NCBI GenBank assembly: GCA_043757265.1
Contig: JAYUQP010000040.1
Span: forward strand, 142,094 to 206,093
Origin: Bdellovibrionales bacterium
Lineage (GTDB): Bacteria > Bdellovibrionota > Bdellovibrionia > Bdellovibrionales > JAGQZY01
Reading direction: 5' to 3'
DNA length: 64,000 bases
Positions within the stretch are counted from its first letter, which is position 1, and each line of letters starts with the position of its first letter. This document shows, piece after piece, positions 63,364-64,000 of this stretch. A model generated the notes under the pieces. That model was not told the origin of the DNA and did not search any database. It was given only the letters and a program-made list of their open reading frames with translations. The position numbers and the translations under genes were made by a program.

Positions 63364-64000
63364 ATGAAAATTCCAATCAGCCGCACGACGTCGCCCAAAT
63401 CTCGTCCACCTGTCGATCAACTTGGTTTCGGTAGGTATTTTACAGATCACATGTTTATTGCTCGCTATGCCGAAGCCAAGGGCGGCTGGTACAGTTCCGA
63501 GGTTGTGCCCTACGCACCTCTCGCAGTTGATCCTTGCGCCAGCGTCCTTCACTACGGGCAAGCGCTGTTCGAAGGTATGAAAGCCTTTCGCCATAAAGAC
63601 AAACGCATTGCTGTGGTTCGCCCGCACTTTAACTGGAAGCGAATGACAAATGGTGCAGATCGTTTATGTATGATAGCTCCGCCCGAGGAGCTTTTTATGA
63701 AGGGACTCGAAACTCTTCTGCAAGTGGACCAGGACTGGATTCCGTCCGAGCCCGAAACGTCCATGTACATTCGGCCTACGCTGATTGCGACTGAGGCCTT
63801 TTTAGGTGTTCGTCCGTCGAAGGAGTACATTTTTTTTATCGTGCTCTCGCCGGTGGGAAATTATTATGGAACCTCGCCGCAAGCCGTGCGCATTTGGGTT
63901 GAAACCGAATACACTCGAGCAGCCCCCGGTGGTTTGGGCGCTACCAAAGCGGGCGCAAATTATGCAGGCAGTTTAAAAGCAGCACTCAACGCGCGAAAAA
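63364..64000 (+). CDS. ilvE: Branched-chain amino acid aminotransferase, N-terminal part; runs off the window end
   Basis: Hand translation from ATG 63364 is open to the window end: ...GRYFTDHMF...VLHYGQALFEGMKAFRH...SMYIRPTLIATE...GGLGATKAGANYAGSL, typical class IV BCAT blocks. It is not in the ORF track because there is no stop. Confidence 0.9.
   Translation, partial: MKIPISRTTSPKSRPPVDQLGFGRYFTDHMFIARYAEAKGGWYSSEVVPYAPLAVDPCASVLHYGQALFEGMKAFRHKDKRIAVVRPHFNWKRMTNGADRLCMIAPPEELFMKGLETLLQVDQDWIPSEPETSMYIRPTLIATEAFLGVRPSKEYIFFIVLSPVGNYYGTSPQAVRIWVETEYTRAAPGGLGATKAGANYAGSLKAALNARK

Noticed and set aside
1-64000. Prophage, integrative element, defence island, rRNA/tRNA genes
   Set aside because: I recognised no integrase, transposase, phage structural, restriction/cas-type or tRNA-like sequences. 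The gene content looks like core chromosome.

Overview
64-kb chromosomal segment of a Gram-negative, flagellated bacterium, roughly mid-40s % GC by eye. The gene content (MotAB, PldA, MCE/Pqi, sigma-54 activator, many two-component genes) would fit a Bdellovibrionota/deltaproteobacteria-like lineage, but that is only a guess. It holds about 60 densely packed protein genes. I recognised no rRNA, tRNA, CRISPR, transposase or integrase. Two edge genes are missing from the ORF track because they have no in-window stop: a Tat-secreted PhoX-like phosphatase (1..738, minus) and ilvE (63364..64000, plus). Main blocks: (1) secreted and transport genes plus uvrC (1-10 kb). (2) An RluA-family synthase, an odd TPR/dual-wHTH regulator and a dihaem lipoprotein (11-15 kb). 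(3) A tightly coupled minus-strand operon of haem-oxygenase-like di-iron enzyme, amidinotransferase/DDAH-fold enzyme, cphA, iadA and cphB behind a sigma-54-type promoter (15.3-22.0 kb). (4) An S9 peptidase, a hydrolase, a methyltransferase and lexA, with an unusual array of 13-bp palindromes upstream of lexA (22-28 kb). (5) srkA, a giant FecR-like/beta-barrel protein, a HAMP-PP2C phosphatase, a 669-aa secreted protein and motAB (28-37 kb). (6) A KamA/EpmB-like radical SAM enzyme with an LplT-like MFS transporter and an AI-2E transporter. (7) A signalling island: NtrC-type activator, CHASE3 hybrid kinase, CheR remnant, second hybrid kinase, Hpt and two paralogous receivers (40-51 kb). (8) A general-stress/envelope island (CsbD, DUF883, BON, YflT-like, PldA, porin-like barrels) and a five-gene Pqi/MCE-like operon (51-60 kb). 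(9) A thiolase, an O-antigen-ligase-like protein and ilvE. The strongest non-obvious signals are six correctly placed -24/-12 (sigma-54) promoter matches, the two extra enzymes in the cyanophycin operon, and several short repeat families in intergenic DNA.
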